DNA of 64,000 bases, from positions 3,812-67,811 of the forward strand of contig CAMKUA010000008.1 in NCBI GenBank assembly GCA_946415825.1. The letters are read 5' to 3'. The number at the start of each line of letters is the position of its first letter. Within the stretch, counting starts at the first letter, position 1. Position numbers and translations under genes: made by a program. Positions 8,944-18,641 of the stretch are shown here, piece by piece. The notes beneath the pieces are model-generated. The model was not told where the DNA came from, made no database searches, and saw nothing but the letters and a program-made list of their open reading frames with translations. The stretch is from an uncultured Prevotella sp. (GTDB taxonomy: Bacteria; Bacteroidota; Bacteroidia; Bacteroidales; Bacteroidaceae).

Positions 8944-11501
8944 ATTTAAGAACAGTATATGTATTGTTGATGATGTTTGCTTGCCTAACGGCAGGCGCCC
9001 AACAGATGATACGGGGACGCGTTACAGATGAGCGCACAGGTGAAGCTGTGCCATCTGTAACTGTCCAGTATAAGGGACATGGTATAGGTGTGGTCGCTGA
9101 TAGCGACGGCAACTATACCATTTCTCGTCATCTGGGTTGGGTGCTCACCTTTTCTGCCGTAGGTTATTTACCCACCACAGTGATGGTGAATGCCAATGTG
9201 AAGGGCATCTGCAATCTGACGATGAAGGCTGACAATACATTGCTGAAGGAGGTCACCGTTAAGACCAAGCGCAGTCGATATCGCAGGAAAGAGAATCCGG
9301 CTGTAGAGATGATGCGTAAGGTGATAGCAGCCAAGAAACGCTCCGACCTCAGCAATTACGACTATTACCAATACAGGAAATACCAGAAACTCACCTTCGC
9401 CCTCAATGACATTACCCAGAAACGCATGGAGGACCCCAAGAACAAGAAGATGCGTTGGCTGATGGACCAGATAGAGACGAGTTCCTACAACGGAAAGCTG
9501 GTGTTGCCCATCTCTGTTGACGAGACTGTTTCCCAGAAGATCTATCGCAAGGATCCCCGAAGCGAGAAGACAATCATACTTGGTAGTCGCTCAGAGGGCA
9601 TCAACCATGTGGTTCAGACGGGGGACGTCGTGAATCAGGTCATGAAGGACGTCTTTACCGATATCGATATCTACGACAATCAGGTCCGATTCCTGCAATA
9701 TCAGTTCACTAGTCCTATTGGCGACGGAGCCATATCCTTCTATCGTTACTATATCGAAGACACTCTCTATGTGGGGAAAGACAAGTGCTACCACCTGCAT
9801 TTCCTCCCCAATAACTCGCAGGACTTTGGTTTCCGTGGTGATCTTTATGTGATGGCCGACTCCACTTGGCTGGTGAAACGCTGTGATATGACGATTCCCC
9901 AACAGAGCGACGTGAACTTTGTGGATAATGTTCAGATCGTACAGGAGTTCAGTCATTTGCCAAATGGAGAGTGGGTGCTTACTACCGACGATATGTTCAC
10001 AGAACTCAGGTATTTGGACTTTATGGAGTCCTTTACCATGACTCGGAATACCCGTTTGACTGATTTCTCCTTCACAGAGATTCCTGCCCAGTTGTTTAAA
10101 GGCAAGGCTGATGAGATTAAGACTGCCGGTGCTTCGTCCCGGAGTGACAGTTTCTGGGAGCAGAACCGTGAGGTGGCTTTGACGCGGAGTGAGGCCAATA
10201 TGGAGCAGTTCGTCAATGATCTGGCAAAGATAAAAGGCTATAAATATATCCTCGCAGCAATCAAGATCCTGACGGAGAGCTTTATTGAAACAGGCTCAAA
10301 GAAACATCCCAGTAAGGTGGATATCGGACCAGTAAATACCTTTATTACCTCTAACTTCATCGACGGACTGCGCACGCGCTTCTCTGCCCAGACCACGGCA
10401 AATCTGGACTCCAACCTTTTCATTAAAGGGTATATCGCCAGAGGGTGGGGCACTCATAAGACCTATTACAATGGTGAAGTGACCTGGTCGTTTAATAAGA
10501 AGGAATACATGCCTCGCGAGTTCCCCATCCGTAATCTGACCTTCTCTTCCACCTACGATGTTATGTCGCCCTCAGACAAGTTTCTTCTTGCAGACAAGGA
10601 TAACGTCTTCACGTCCTTAAAGTGGGCGGATACCAAGAAGATGATGTTCTACAATCGCCAATCCATAACGGCAGAGCGAGAAGAGGTGTGGGGACTGCGC
10701 ACCACACTCTCGCTGAAGACTGAGGAGAACGAGGCAGCAGGCGACCTTCGCTTTGTTCCTCTTTCTGCATCTTTTGACGACCCTCTGGCCTCCAAGAGGA
10801 TCCGTACCACCGAACTGCGTGCCGAACTGCGTTTCGCACCAGGTGAGACGTTTATCAACAATAAGAAAAACCGTCTGAACATTAATCGTGATGCTCCTGT
10901 TTTTACCCTTTCCCATACCTTAGGCATGAAGGGTGTGTTGGGGGCCGATTATGCCTATAACTATACGGAACTGTATGTCTTCAAACGGTTCTGGCTCAGT
11001 TCCTGGGGTAAACTCGATATCCATGCCAAGGGTGGCATTCAGTGGGATCAGGTGCCCTTCCCCTTGCTTATCATGCCAGAGACCAACCTCTCCTATCTTT
11101 TACAGAATTATACCTTTGAGGCCATTAATAATATGGAGTTCCCCATGGACCGTTTTGCCAGTCTTTACCTCTATTGGGATATGAACGGCAAACTCTTCAA
11201 TCGCATCCCCCTGCTGAGGGAACTGAAATGGCGCGAATGGCTATCTGTGAGGTGCCTGTGGGGAGGCTTGTCCGATAGGAATAATCCTCTGTTGGCTGAG
11301 AATGCAGGCAGTTCGCTGCTTATGTATTTCCCGGAGGGTTGCTATGTCATCGATCCCCATCACCCCTATTGGGAAATATCATTGGGTGTACATAACATCT
11401 TCAAGTTCCTGCAAGTGGAATATGTCAGGCGTATGAACTACAATTACCTGCCCACTGCCCATAAGCATGGGGTACGTTTCCGTATTAAACTATCATTCTA
11501 A
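8940..11501 (+). CDS. DUF5686 family outer-membrane protein with N-terminal carboxypeptidase-regulatory-like domain
   Basis: IRGRVTDERTGE...LTFSAVGY...LKEVTV; YRRKENPAVEMMRKVI; C-terminal F. ATG 8940 overlaps the GH3 stop (ATGA). Confidence 0.8.
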   Translation: MNLRTVYVLLMMFACLTAGAQQMIRGRVTDERTGEAVPSVTVQYKGHGIGVVADSDGNYTISRHLGWVLTFSAVGYLPTTVMVNANVKGICNLTMKADNTLLKEVTVKTKRSRYRRKENPAVEMMRKVIAAKKRSDLSNYDYYQYRKYQKLTFALNDITQKRMEDPKNKKMRWLMDQIETSSYNGKLVLPISVDETVSQKIYRKDPRSEKTIILGSRSEGINHVVQTGDVVNQVMKDVFTDIDIYDNQVRFLQYQFTSPIGDGAISFYRYYIEDTLYVGKDKCYHLHFLPNNSQDFGFRGDLYVMADSTWLVKRCDMTIPQQSDVNFVDNVQIVQEFSHLPNGEWVLTTDDMFTELRYLDFMESFTMTRNTRLTDFSFTEIPAQLFKGKADEIKTAGASSRSDSFWEQNREVALTRSEANMEQFVNDLAKIKGYKYILAAIKILTESFIETGSKKHPSKVDIGPVNTFITSNFIDGLRTRFSAQTTANLDSNLFIKGYIARGWGTHKTYYNGEVTWSFNKKEYMPREFPIRNLTFSSTYDVMSPSDKFLLADKDNVFTSLKWADTKKMMFYNRQSITAEREEVWGLRTTLSLKTEENEAAGDLRFVPLSASFDDPLASKRIRTTELRAELRFAPGETFINNKKNRLNINRDAPVFTLSHTLGMKGVLGADYAYNYTELYVFKRFWLSSWGKLDIHAKGGIQWDQVPFPLLIMPETNLSYLLQNYTFEAINNMEFPMDRFASLYLYWDMNGKLFNRIPLLRELKWREWLSVRCLWGGLSDRNNPLLAENAGSSLLMYFPEGCYVIDPHHPYWEISLGVHNIFKFLQVEYVRRMNYNYLPTAHKHGVRFRIKLSF

Positions 11502-11505
11502 ACAT

Positions 11506-12144
11506 ATGGCATACATCGTATTAGCTGATCCTCAGGATATCACTCGCGCAGGTCTGATGTACCTCTGCGAGAAACTGGAGGTAAACTATCAACAGGCTCC
11601 CGACAAGACGGAGTTGATCGAACAATTAAAAGCTCATAACGACACGGTGGTGATCCTTGACTACACACTTTTCGACATCAATGACATCGATGAGCTTGAG
11701 ATTCTGCACGAGCGTTTTCCCTTGGTACACTGGGTGTTGTTCAGTTTCGAACTCTCCACGGATTTCGTGCATCGCGCCATTGCCATAGGTCCCCAGTTTA
11801 GTGTGTTGCTGAAAGACTCACCTCTGGCAGAGATCCGTGAGTGCATCCGTTATGCCATGACTCATCAGCGCTATATTTGCCAACGTATGGCAGAGATCCT
11901 GCTGGCGCCTGTTGTCCAGTCTTCTGATGAGCTGAAATTAACGAAGACAGAGACGGAAATCTTGAAAGATATCGCCTTGGGAATGACGACAAGAGAGATT
12001 GCCGACAAGCGTTTTTCCAGTTTCCATACCGTCAATACGCATCGCAAGAACATCTTCCGCAAATTAGGTGTAAACAATGCCCACGAAGCCACCAAGTATG
12101 CCCTACGGGCAGGTCTGGTAGATTCAGCAGAGTATTATATTTGA
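11506..12144 (+). CDS. NarL/LuxR family response regulator
   Basis: Receiver-like N-terminus (VILDY) and LuxR HTH LTKTETEILKDIALG...TVNTHRKNIFRKLGV. Confidence 0.9.
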   Translation: MAYIVLADPQDITRAGLMYLCEKLEVNYQQAPDKTELIEQLKAHNDTVVILDYTLFDINDIDELEILHERFPLVHWVLFSFELSTDFVHRAIAIGPQFSVLLKDSPLAEIRECIRYAMTHQRYICQRMAEILLAPVVQSSDELKLTKTETEILKDIALGMTTREIADKRFSSFHTVNTHRKNIFRKLGVNNAHEATKYALRAGLVDSAEYYI

Positions 12145-12173
12145 GTCTTAATTCGTTTTTTTCATAGAAAATG

Positions 12174-12205
12174 TTTGTCAGTTTCATGATTTTTGCCTAA
12201 ATTTG
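12174..12205 (+). promoter_or_regulatory. -33/-7 promoter (TTTG-20 nt-TAAATTTG)
   Basis: Canonical Bacteroidota spacing upstream of ATG 12233. Confidence 0.65.
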
Positions 12206-12232
12206 TGCCGAATTTAAACCTAAAGCGTTTTT

Positions 12233-15200
12233 ATGAAGAAAATATTGCTATCGTTACTGGTCGGATGCTGTCTTGCCCTAAGTGCTAACGACGCTCTGTT
12301 GCCTGATATGAAATTCCGTCGCCTTGACACCCGCGACGGATTGTCAAACTCTACGATTAACTACCTTTTCCAAGACTCCAAGGGATATGTATGGATAGGC
12401 ACGTCCTATGGTCTGAACCGTTATGACGGCTATCGTTTCCGTACATTCTATTCCGATCCTAATGATACGACGACCTTGCGTAACAACTATGTGGATCAGA
12501 TCTGGGAGGATATCGACGGTAACCTGTGGCTGAAACAGGGCATGAACTATAGTTTCTTCGATCCCGTTACAGAGAATGTCACCCGTAATCCCGCCTCTCT
12601 CCTCCGGAAGTGGGGCATCAAGGGTGGTGTCGACCGTTTCTATATCGACAGCCAGAAACGGGTTTGGGTAAAGACCTACGACGAGGGCCTCTACTGCTAT
12701 CATCCGAAAACGAAGAAACTTACTCTGGTCAAATACGGCTATACCGAAAATGAGTTCCCCAAGGAATTCTGGGTTCAGACTTTTGCAGATTGGAATGGCA
12801 AGCTTCTGATCGTCTCCGTCGATGGTGACCTGATGTGCGTTGATGGTGATAAGGGTAAGGTGGAGTGGAAGGACGACTATATGCGCCATAATGGTGGTGA
12901 GCCTAGTCAGGCTTATTACGTATATGTCGATAAGCACAACAATTTCTGGGTGGTCACCACCACTGTGTTTGTCTTCGACCAGAAAGAGAAGAAATGGTAC
13001 AATACCCTCAATAGTTATCTGACGGCTCATGGTATCCCCGCTTTGCCCGAGCCTCTACAAGTTTGGGATGTGGCTATGGATCAGCGTGGATGGATCTGGG
13101 TAGCTACCGATCACTACGGTATCTTCGTCATCAATCCCGAAACGAAGGAAGTCAAGCAGTTTGTCAACAATAAGTTTGATAACACCTCGCTCAGCGAGAA
13201 TACGATTAAGCGTCTGATGCTAGATAAGAACGGCAGTATGTGGATGGGTGCCTATCGTAATGGTCTTAATCAGTATATCGAGAAACTGATGGGCTTCAAG
13301 ACCATTGAGATTGGTGATATCAACACCACCACTGAGGACACTCAGGGTAACTATTGGTTCGGTACCGATAACCGTGGTATCATTAAATATGTGCCAGCGA
13401 CGGGTGAAACAGAGATCTACGACAAGGCCCGTTGTGGTTTTGCATCGGATATCATGGTGGCCAGCTGTAGTGCCAAGGATGGTTCTGTGTGGTTTGGTAC
13501 CTATAATGGTGGCTTGGTCCATCTCAATAATGGTCATGCCACAAACTATCTGGCCTCGAATGCACAAGACGGATTGCAGAATAATAATGTCTGGTCAGTG
13601 ACAGAAGACAAATGGGGCGATATCTGGATCGGTACCTTGGGAGCCGGTGTGCAGCGACTGAATGTCAAGACGGGCAAGTTCAAGGCTTGGAACTCCAATG
13701 TCGGTAATTTCCCCGAGAATTTCATGACCTCCATTGGGTGGATCAAGAAAGGCTGGCTGATAGTAGGACATTCCAATTTCTATTCGCTCATCAATCCAGT
13801 GAGTGGACAAGTGAAGAATGACACCATCCCCTTTATTCCGGGACAGCCTGCAGCTATGGCGGCTACTGCTTGTGTGGTAGAGGATAGTCGTGGACTGATA
13901 TGGCACGGCTCTACCTCTGGTTGTTGTATCGTTGACAAGAAGACGGGTCAGCAGACGCTGCTCGATATGAACACCGGTCTTTTTGGCTCGAGTGTCGTGG
14001 GTATTGCCGAGGATAATCTGAATACTATGTGGATAGTTACTGAGCATGGTATTTCCAATGTCGTGCCAAAGAAGAATGAGAATGGTCAGTGGTCGTTTAC
14101 TGTACGTAGCTTCAGTAGTAAGGATGGTCTGCAGGACGGTCCCTATAACCAGCGTTCTATTTCTTGTACCCGTGAGGGCCTGATCCTCGTTGGTGGTCTT
14201 GGTGGTGTGGATGTTATCAATCCCAAACTCCTCACGAACGTAGGCAATAAGGAGAAGCCCATCTTCAGCGGTCTGAAACTCTTTGGTCAGCAGATGGGTG
14301 TAGGCCAGGAATACGATGGCCGAGTGATTCTGGACGAGTCACTTGAGGCTAACCCGGAGCTCACTCTGCGCTATTATGAGAACCAGTTTACCATCCAACT
14401 GGCTACCGATAAGGGTGAGATGCATAATCCATCGCGTTTCATCTATATGCTTGAAGGCTTTACAGACAAGTGGATCGCTACTGAGGAGAACAACCCCAAC
14501 ATTACTTATATGTCGCTCAAGCATGGCGATTACGTCTTGCATGTCAGGATGCTCAACGATGATGGTACGATGGGCGACATCGAATCCACACTAAAGATTA
14601 CGATTACCCCACCACTGCTCCGTAATCGCTGGTTGCTGTTGGCTTTCATCCTCTTTGTAGCAGGAGGTGTCTGGTTCTGGCGTCGCCGTTTCCTGCAGAA
14701 GCATGAAGAACAGACTGAGCTTGAGGACATCCGTCGTGAGGTTGAGAAGAAACAGTGGATGAACCAGATGCTTACTAAGATGCGTGATAAGAAACATGGT
14801 GGAATGGAAACACCCCAACCTGATATACGAGGCTCGCAATTGGGTGCTCCCAACAAGACATCTGGCGATCTGCAGGAGTTTATGAAAGCCCAGTGCGAGT
14901 TGTTGAAGGCTCCAAAGAATAAGAAGGTGAAGTTCTCGTTCTTCCCCTTGGCCAATGATCTTGTGATGGACTTCGATCACGACTTGCTAGGTCAGGCCGT
15001 ACAGGTTCTGCTCAACAATGCCGTGATGTTCTCTCCGAAGGATTGCCGTATCAAGGTATTTGTCGATAAGACAGATACCGCAGGTTCCATCCGTATCTCG
15101 GATAATGGTATCGGATTGCCAGAGGGCGCTAAGGAACACATGTTCGATCCTATGGTCAGCGATGAGGATTCGGGCGTAAACCTCGCTTTCGTTAAGGATA

Positions 15201-15343
15201 TCGTGACGGCTCATGGTGGTACGGTTACTGGCGATAATAATGCTGGCGGCGGCTCTGTGTTTACCATTACTCTCCCCCTTCAAAAGTCAGACGATGATGT
15301 GGAGGAAGCCGTACTGATGGACGATGATGTAGAAGAAGTATAA
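12233..15343 (+). CDS. HTCS-like sensor (beta-propeller, Y_Y_Y, TM, HATPase) lacking H-box, receiver and AraC domains
   Basis: Reg_prop repeats (QDSKGYVWIGT, EDKWGDIWIGT), Y_Y_Y (YMLEGF...GDYVLHVR), TM, LLNNA / ISDNGIG boxes. Confidence 0.85.
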   Translation: MKKILLSLLVGCCLALSANDALLPDMKFRRLDTRDGLSNSTINYLFQDSKGYVWIGTSYGLNRYDGYRFRTFYSDPNDTTTLRNNYVDQIWEDIDGNLWLKQGMNYSFFDPVTENVTRNPASLLRKWGIKGGVDRFYIDSQKRVWVKTYDEGLYCYHPKTKKLTLVKYGYTENEFPKEFWVQTFADWNGKLLIVSVDGDLMCVDGDKGKVEWKDDYMRHNGGEPSQAYYVYVDKHNNFWVVTTTVFVFDQKEKKWYNTLNSYLTAHGIPALPEPLQVWDVAMDQRGWIWVATDHYGIFVINPETKEVKQFVNNKFDNTSLSENTIKRLMLDKNGSMWMGAYRNGLNQYIEKLMGFKTIEIGDINTTTEDTQGNYWFGTDNRGIIKYVPATGETEIYDKARCGFASDIMVASCSAKDGSVWFGTYNGGLVHLNNGHATNYLASNAQDGLQNNNVWSVTEDKWGDIWIGTLGAGVQRLNVKTGKFKAWNSNVGNFPENFMTSIGWIKKGWLIVGHSNFYSLINPVSGQVKNDTIPFIPGQPAAMAATACVVEDSRGLIWHGSTSGCCIVDKKTGQQTLLDMNTGLFGSSVVGIAEDNLNTMWIVTEHGISNVVPKKNENGQWSFTVRSFSSKDGLQDGPYNQRSISCTREGLILVGGLGGVDVINPKLLTNVGNKEKPIFSGLKLFGQQMGVGQEYDGRVILDESLEANPELTLRYYENQFTIQLATDKGEMHNPSRFIYMLEGFTDKWIATEENNPNITYMSLKHGDYVLHVRMLNDDGTMGDIESTLKITITPPLLRNRWLLLAFILFVAGGVWFWRRRFLQKHEEQTELEDIRREVEKKQWMNQMLTKMRDKKHGGMETPQPDIRGSQLGAPNKTSGDLQEFMKAQCELLKAPKNKKVKFSFFPLANDLVMDFDHDLLGQAVQVLLNNAVMFSPKDCRIKVFVDKTDTAGSIRISDNGIGLPEGAKEHMFDPMVSDEDSGVNLAFVKDIVTAHGGTVTGDNNAGGGSVFTITLPLQKSDDDVEEAVLMDDDVEEV

Positions 15344-15369
15344 TAACTATATATAACTGAAACTTTTTT

Positions 15370-18300
15370 ATGAAAAAGATCTTTATGATGATGTCTGCTC
15401 TGCTCATCCCAGCTTATGTTATGGCAGCAGAGGTGCAGACGAGTGGTAGCAATGTAACAATTCGTCCCGACGGTGGTCAGGCCAAAGTAATTAATCTTGA
15501 AGTCATTAACGACAACATCATCCGGGTGCGTGCTACCTCGAAGGAAGCATTGCCTGTGAAACCTGCTTCGCTGATGATTGTTCCACAGGTGGCTCCTCCA
15601 AAAGGCTCTTATACCATTAGCGAAGAAGGGGGCGACGTAGTGGTAAAGACGAAAAATGTGAAGGCAGTTGTCTCGAAGGCTGACGGACGTGTGAAATTCT
15701 TTGATGCTGAAGGTAAAAAGCTCCTCAAGGAAGCTCAAGATGGTAAGCAGTTCTGGGACTTTACGGTACCTGAACGTGAGTTGGGAATAAAGGGCGGTGA
15801 TGCTGTTACTGACGAGATGAAGCACGGTCTCTCTTGGCAGATGAAGTTCAACTCGTCTGATGATGAGGCTTTCTATGGACTTGGTCAGCATCAGAGTGAG
15901 GAGTTTAACATGAAGGGCAAGAACGAAGACCTCTTCCAGTATAACACCAAGGTGTCCATCCCCTTCGTGCTCTCTAATAAGAACTACGGTTTGCTTTGGG
16001 ACAGCTATAGCTATTGCCGTTTTGGCAATCCCAAAGACTATCTGCAGCTGAACCGTGCCTTCCGTCTCTACGACAAACAGGGTAATAAAGGTCACCTTAC
16101 AGGTATCTATGTCGATAAAGACGGCAAGCGTTTGGTGCGCGATGAAGACTCTATCTATTATGAGTATGCCTTCCCCGCCACTTCTGAGATAGCGGTTAAG
16201 ACTGAAAATGGTGGTCTCAAGAACTTACCTCAGGGTTTCAATCTTCAAGGTTCTAATGTGGTCTATGAAGGCTTTATCGAGCCCAAGTGCTGCGATGGCG
16301 GCCGTTGCGACTGCAAAAGCCAGTGTAAGTGTAAAGGCAAGAAAGAGTTGTACCAGTTTATCCTCTACTATTCAGGTTATATTAAGGTGTATATCGATGG
16401 TAAGGAAGTCGTGCCCGAGCGTTGGCGCACCGCTTGGAATCCCAATGCCTATAAGTTTGAGGTGACGCTCGAGAAGAAAAAGCGTTCCCAACTTCGCATC
16501 GAGTGGCAACCCGATGGCGGTGAGGCTTACTGTGGCCTTCGTGTAGCCGAGCCTCGCAGCAAGGACGAGCGTGGACAGCTCTCCATCTGGAGTGAGATGG
16601 CTAAGGATATGGATTATTATTTCATCGCAGGCAACAACCTCGATCAGGTTATTTCAGGCTATCGTACGTTGACAGGTAAAGCCTCGCTCTATCCCAAGTG
16701 GATACTTGGTTTTTGGCAGAGTCGTGAGCGCTATCAGAGCCAGGAGGATATCGAGACCAATCTCGCCGAGTTCCGCAAGCGCCATATCCCTATCGATAAT
16801 ATTGTGCAAGACTGGAACTATTGGCCTCTCGACTCATGGGGTAGCCATCAGTTTGAAACCTCACGCTATCCGGATCCACAGGCCATGCTCGACAATGTTC
16901 ACAAGATGCATGGACGCTTTATGATTAGTGTATGGCCCAAGTTCTACGATACGGTCGATAACTATAAGGAACTTGATGCAAAAGGTTGGATGTATCGTCA
17001 GGCTGTGAAGGATGACATCCACGATTGGCTGGGCTTCCGTGGCTCTTTCTACGATGCTTATGATGAGGGTGCCCGTAAGATGTTCTGGCGCCAGATGGAT
17101 GAGAATCTCTATACCAAGTATAACCACGACGGCATCGCTGGTGTTGATGCCTGGTGGATGGATGCCTCTGAGCCCAATGTGCGTGACTGTACCCCCATGT
17201 GGTATCGCAAGGCCCTTAGTGGTCCTACTGCCTTAGGCACCTCGACGGAGTACTTCAATGCCTATTCTACTGTGAATGCTGATGCCATCTATAATGGTCA
17301 GCGCTCAGTATGGAAAGGCAAACTTAATGAACCTCGCGTGTTCCTGCTCACTCGTAGTGGTTTTGCTGGTGAACAGCGCTACTCTACGGCTACCTGGAGT
17401 GGTGATATCGGCACCCGTTGGGAGGATATGCGTGCCCAGATGACGGCTGGTCTGAACTACTCCATGTCTGGTATTCCTTTCTGGGGGATGGATCAGGGCG
17501 GATTCTGCGTTGAGAATCGTTATGTTGCTGCCCAGCAGCTCTTCGACAAGAGTGGGGTGGAGAACGAGGACCTGAAGGAGTGGCGTGAGTTGCAGACTCG
17601 CTGGAACCAGTTTGGCTCCTTTATTCCCCTGTTCCGCAGTCATGGTCAGTGGCCACTGCGTGAGATATGGAACATTGCCCCCGATGAGCATCCTGCTTAC
17701 AAGTCGTTTGTCTATTACGACAAGTTGCGCTATCGCCTCATGCCTTACCTCTACTCGATGGCTGGATGGGCTCATTTCAAGGATTACACCCTGATGCGTG
17801 CTCTGGTGATGGACTTTGGTGGCGACAAGGAAGTCGAAAACATCGGCAATCAGTGGATGTTCGGTCCTGCCCTGATGGCATGTCCTGTGGGCTACTATAA
17901 GGCTCGTAATCGTAGTGTTTACTTCCCCAAGCAGTGTGGCTGGTATAATCTTTATACCAACGAATACGTTGCTGGTGGTCAGCGTCTGGTGGTTGATGCC
18001 CCTTATGAGCAGATTCCTGTATTCGTTCGCGAGGGTGCCATCATCCCCTTCGGTCCTGAGATGGAGTGGAGCGACGAGAAACCGGCAGAGCTTATCAATC
18101 TCTACGTCTATGCTGGTCAGAATGGATGCTTCCAACTCTACGAGGACGAGGGCACCAACTATAACTACGAGAAGGGCAAGTATGCCACCATCGACATCAC
18201 TTACGACGATGCGACTCGCACCGTTAGCTTTGGTGCTCGCAAGGGTCAGTTCAATGGCATGCTGAAGAATCGCCGTTTCAATGTGGTGCTCATCACGAAG

Positions 18301-18384
18301 GATGCGCCCAAGGCTCTCAACCTTGAGGATCCCGAGGGCAAGATGGTCCAGTATAACGGAAAGGCTGTCAGCATCAACCTCTGA
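15370..18384 (+). CDS. GH31 alpha-xylosidase with PA14-like insert domain
   Basis: YGLGQHQ, QSRERY, IVQDW, nucleophile WWMDASEP, WSGDI, LYEDEG. Confidence 0.9.
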   Translation: MKKIFMMMSALLIPAYVMAAEVQTSGSNVTIRPDGGQAKVINLEVINDNIIRVRATSKEALPVKPASLMIVPQVAPPKGSYTISEEGGDVVVKTKNVKAVVSKADGRVKFFDAEGKKLLKEAQDGKQFWDFTVPERELGIKGGDAVTDEMKHGLSWQMKFNSSDDEAFYGLGQHQSEEFNMKGKNEDLFQYNTKVSIPFVLSNKNYGLLWDSYSYCRFGNPKDYLQLNRAFRLYDKQGNKGHLTGIYVDKDGKRLVRDEDSIYYEYAFPATSEIAVKTENGGLKNLPQGFNLQGSNVVYEGFIEPKCCDGGRCDCKSQCKCKGKKELYQFILYYSGYIKVYIDGKEVVPERWRTAWNPNAYKFEVTLEKKKRSQLRIEWQPDGGEAYCGLRVAEPRSKDERGQLSIWSEMAKDMDYYFIAGNNLDQVISGYRTLTGKASLYPKWILGFWQSRERYQSQEDIETNLAEFRKRHIPIDNIVQDWNYWPLDSWGSHQFETSRYPDPQAMLDNVHKMHGRFMISVWPKFYDTVDNYKELDAKGWMYRQAVKDDIHDWLGFRGSFYDAYDEGARKMFWRQMDENLYTKYNHDGIAGVDAWWMDASEPNVRDCTPMWYRKALSGPTALGTSTEYFNAYSTVNADAIYNGQRSVWKGKLNEPRVFLLTRSGFAGEQRYSTATWSGDIGTRWEDMRAQMTAGLNYSMSGIPFWGMDQGGFCVENRYVAAQQLFDKSGVENEDLKEWRELQTRWNQFGSFIPLFRSHGQWPLREIWNIAPDEHPAYKSFVYYDKLRYRLMPYLYSMAGWAHFKDYTLMRALVMDFGGDKEVENIGNQWMFGPALMACPVGYYKARNRSVYFPKQCGWYNLYTNEYVAGGQRLVVDAPYEQIPVFVREGAIIPFGPEMEWSDEKPAELINLYVYAGQNGCFQLYEDEGTNYNYEKGKYATIDITYDDATRTVSFGARKGQFNGMLKNRRFNVVLITKDAPKALNLEDPEGKMVQYNGKAVSINL

Positions 18385-18389
18385 TCAGC

Positions 18390-18608
18390 ATGTACAAGAA
18401 TAAGGATTTCATGATAAAGATTGCCACATGGGATCTGAGCGAGGGTTTGGTATGGGATTTCATCAGGCCCAACTCAGATGACCATAGCGCTCTTAATCAG
18501 GAAGAATATCAGCTTGTTATCGATAGTCTGGAAGAAGTTCGGGCTAAGATATTGTCTTACTGCCAAAAATCAGGAATTGATGTGAAGAGCAGTTTGACTG
18601 ACAAGTAA
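18390..18608 (+). CDS. Small hypothetical protein (72 aa)
   Basis: ATG-started ORF that fills the GH31-GH2 gap; no recognisable motif. Confidence 0.35.
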   Translation: MYKNKDFMIKIATWDLSEGLVWDFIRPNSDDHSALNQEEYQLVIDSLEEVRAKILSYCQKSGIDVKSSLTDK

Positions 18609-18641
18609 GTGTATATCATAGGCATTTACGAGCTAAAGACT

